Positions 63,301-64,000 of a stretch of DNA of 64,000 nucleotides are shown here, piece after piece; position 1 is the first letter of the stretch; every line of letters begins with the position of its first letter. The notes under the pieces are model-generated. The model saw only the letters and a list, made by a program, of their open reading frames with translations. It had not been told where the DNA came from and ran no database searches. Position numbers and translations under genes: made by a program. The stretch comes from Geosiphon pyriformis uo1 (taxonomy: Eukaryota; Fungi; Glomeromycota), in contig JAAOMT010000502.1 in the NCBI GenBank assembly GCA_016748015.1, positions 434,001-498,000 on the forward strand, in the 5' to 3' direction.

Positions 63301-64000
63301 CTACTTGAAAAAGAAGTATTTGATATAATTCAAAATAAAAATTTTGATGGAGCTCAATATTAAAAGGAGGAGATAATGTTATTTATAAAAAAGAAAACAG
63401 ATATAAAAAATAGTAGACCAATAAAAAAGTAGTAATTAGCATGTAAACACATTGCTCAGCAATGTGGAGCAATGTCAGAAATCATGGCACATTGCTCAAA
63501 AAATCATAGCACATTACTCGAAAATGTAAGCAATTTTATAGAACATTAATTATGTATATATAGTGGTAGCATTAGAAGAAGAAAAGACAGACCTTTCAGT
63601 TTAGATTTGATCTAAGCAACCTTCCACATCACAAATATCAATAAATAATTATTTAATATCTCAAATTCACTCCACACTATCAACACTTTATGTTGATAAT
63701 AATTGATACTTAATCTTACTAGAATAATAACTTTTGATTATAGCTATTAATAAGATATTAACATTTATTGTCTTGACTTATTTCTTTATTTTTCTTTTAT
63801 TTTCTTTCTTTTCTTTTGCTTTGTTATTTTTTTTTATTAACTAATTGATTAAAAAGTAAAAGCACTAAGTTATTAATGTCACAGATAACCTAGTAAAAAA
63901 CCCAGAAATAAGGGTATAAGATTTATAAATTAATGGATAGCTTACTAGAAGGGCATGACTGCCAGAATAAACTGGCCACTATGTTAAAGACAGAAATTGG
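54348..64000 (+). mobile_element. Ty3/Gypsy LTR retrotransposon B (gag-PR-Cys-rich inserts-dUTPase-RT-RH-IN plus extra 3' region); 3' LTR runs off the window
   Basis: 5' LTR 54348-55169 (TG..CA); PBS tggtgctctctgtgagg 55172-55188; gag (KLEKFTGKEDD, zinc knuckle CHYCGKQKHLQIDC); PR ILNSESAGS; dUTPase DARFDL/RSNLA/IIDTGY/IAQ; RT PFGLINASATFQ/YLNDT; IN HIGIDL/NYLTKWPEA; PPT aaaaggaggaga 63362-63373; 3' LTR from 63377. Confidence 0.95.
55172..55188 (+). promoter_or_regulatory. Primer-binding site of Gypsy B (complementary to a tRNA 3' end, Met-elongator or Ile-like)
   Basis: Reverse complement is CCTCACAGAGAGCACCA, located 2 nt after the LTR end. Confidence 0.75.

Overview
AT-rich eukaryotic DNA with spliceosomal introns. 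The gene and transposon content (MATA-HMG gene, TKL kinase, class-3 lipase, dUTPase-carrying Ty3/Gypsy elements) points to a Glomeromycota-type fungus, plausibly Geosiphon-like; this is inference. Apparently intact genes in 0-28 kb: a Cys-rich type-I membrane protein with PY motifs, a UBL-WLM (Wss1-family) metalloprotease, a MATA-HMG factor, a 4-unit polyubiquitin and a LaeA-like SAM methyltransferase. The window also has several pseudogenes, an internally deleted Tc1 element and an SRP-RNA-like sequence. 42-64 kb is a nested transposon stack: a LINE interrupted by two Gypsy elements, one of which carries a solo LTR, all heavily mutated by C>T/G>A transitions. The best candidate for a novel system is at 10.1-12.5 kb. 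It is an intron-containing, decayed Fanzor2 (IS607-TnpB-derived RNA-guided nuclease) gene followed about 120 bp downstream by a separate, strongly structured, GC-rich ~180-nt sequence. That sequence contains a diverged copy of the Fanzor 3' coding end and looks like an omegaRNA (guide RNA) uncoupled from the CDS, with a TATA-like element before it and a T5 run after the putative guide. All alignments and translations outside the ORF track were done by eye.
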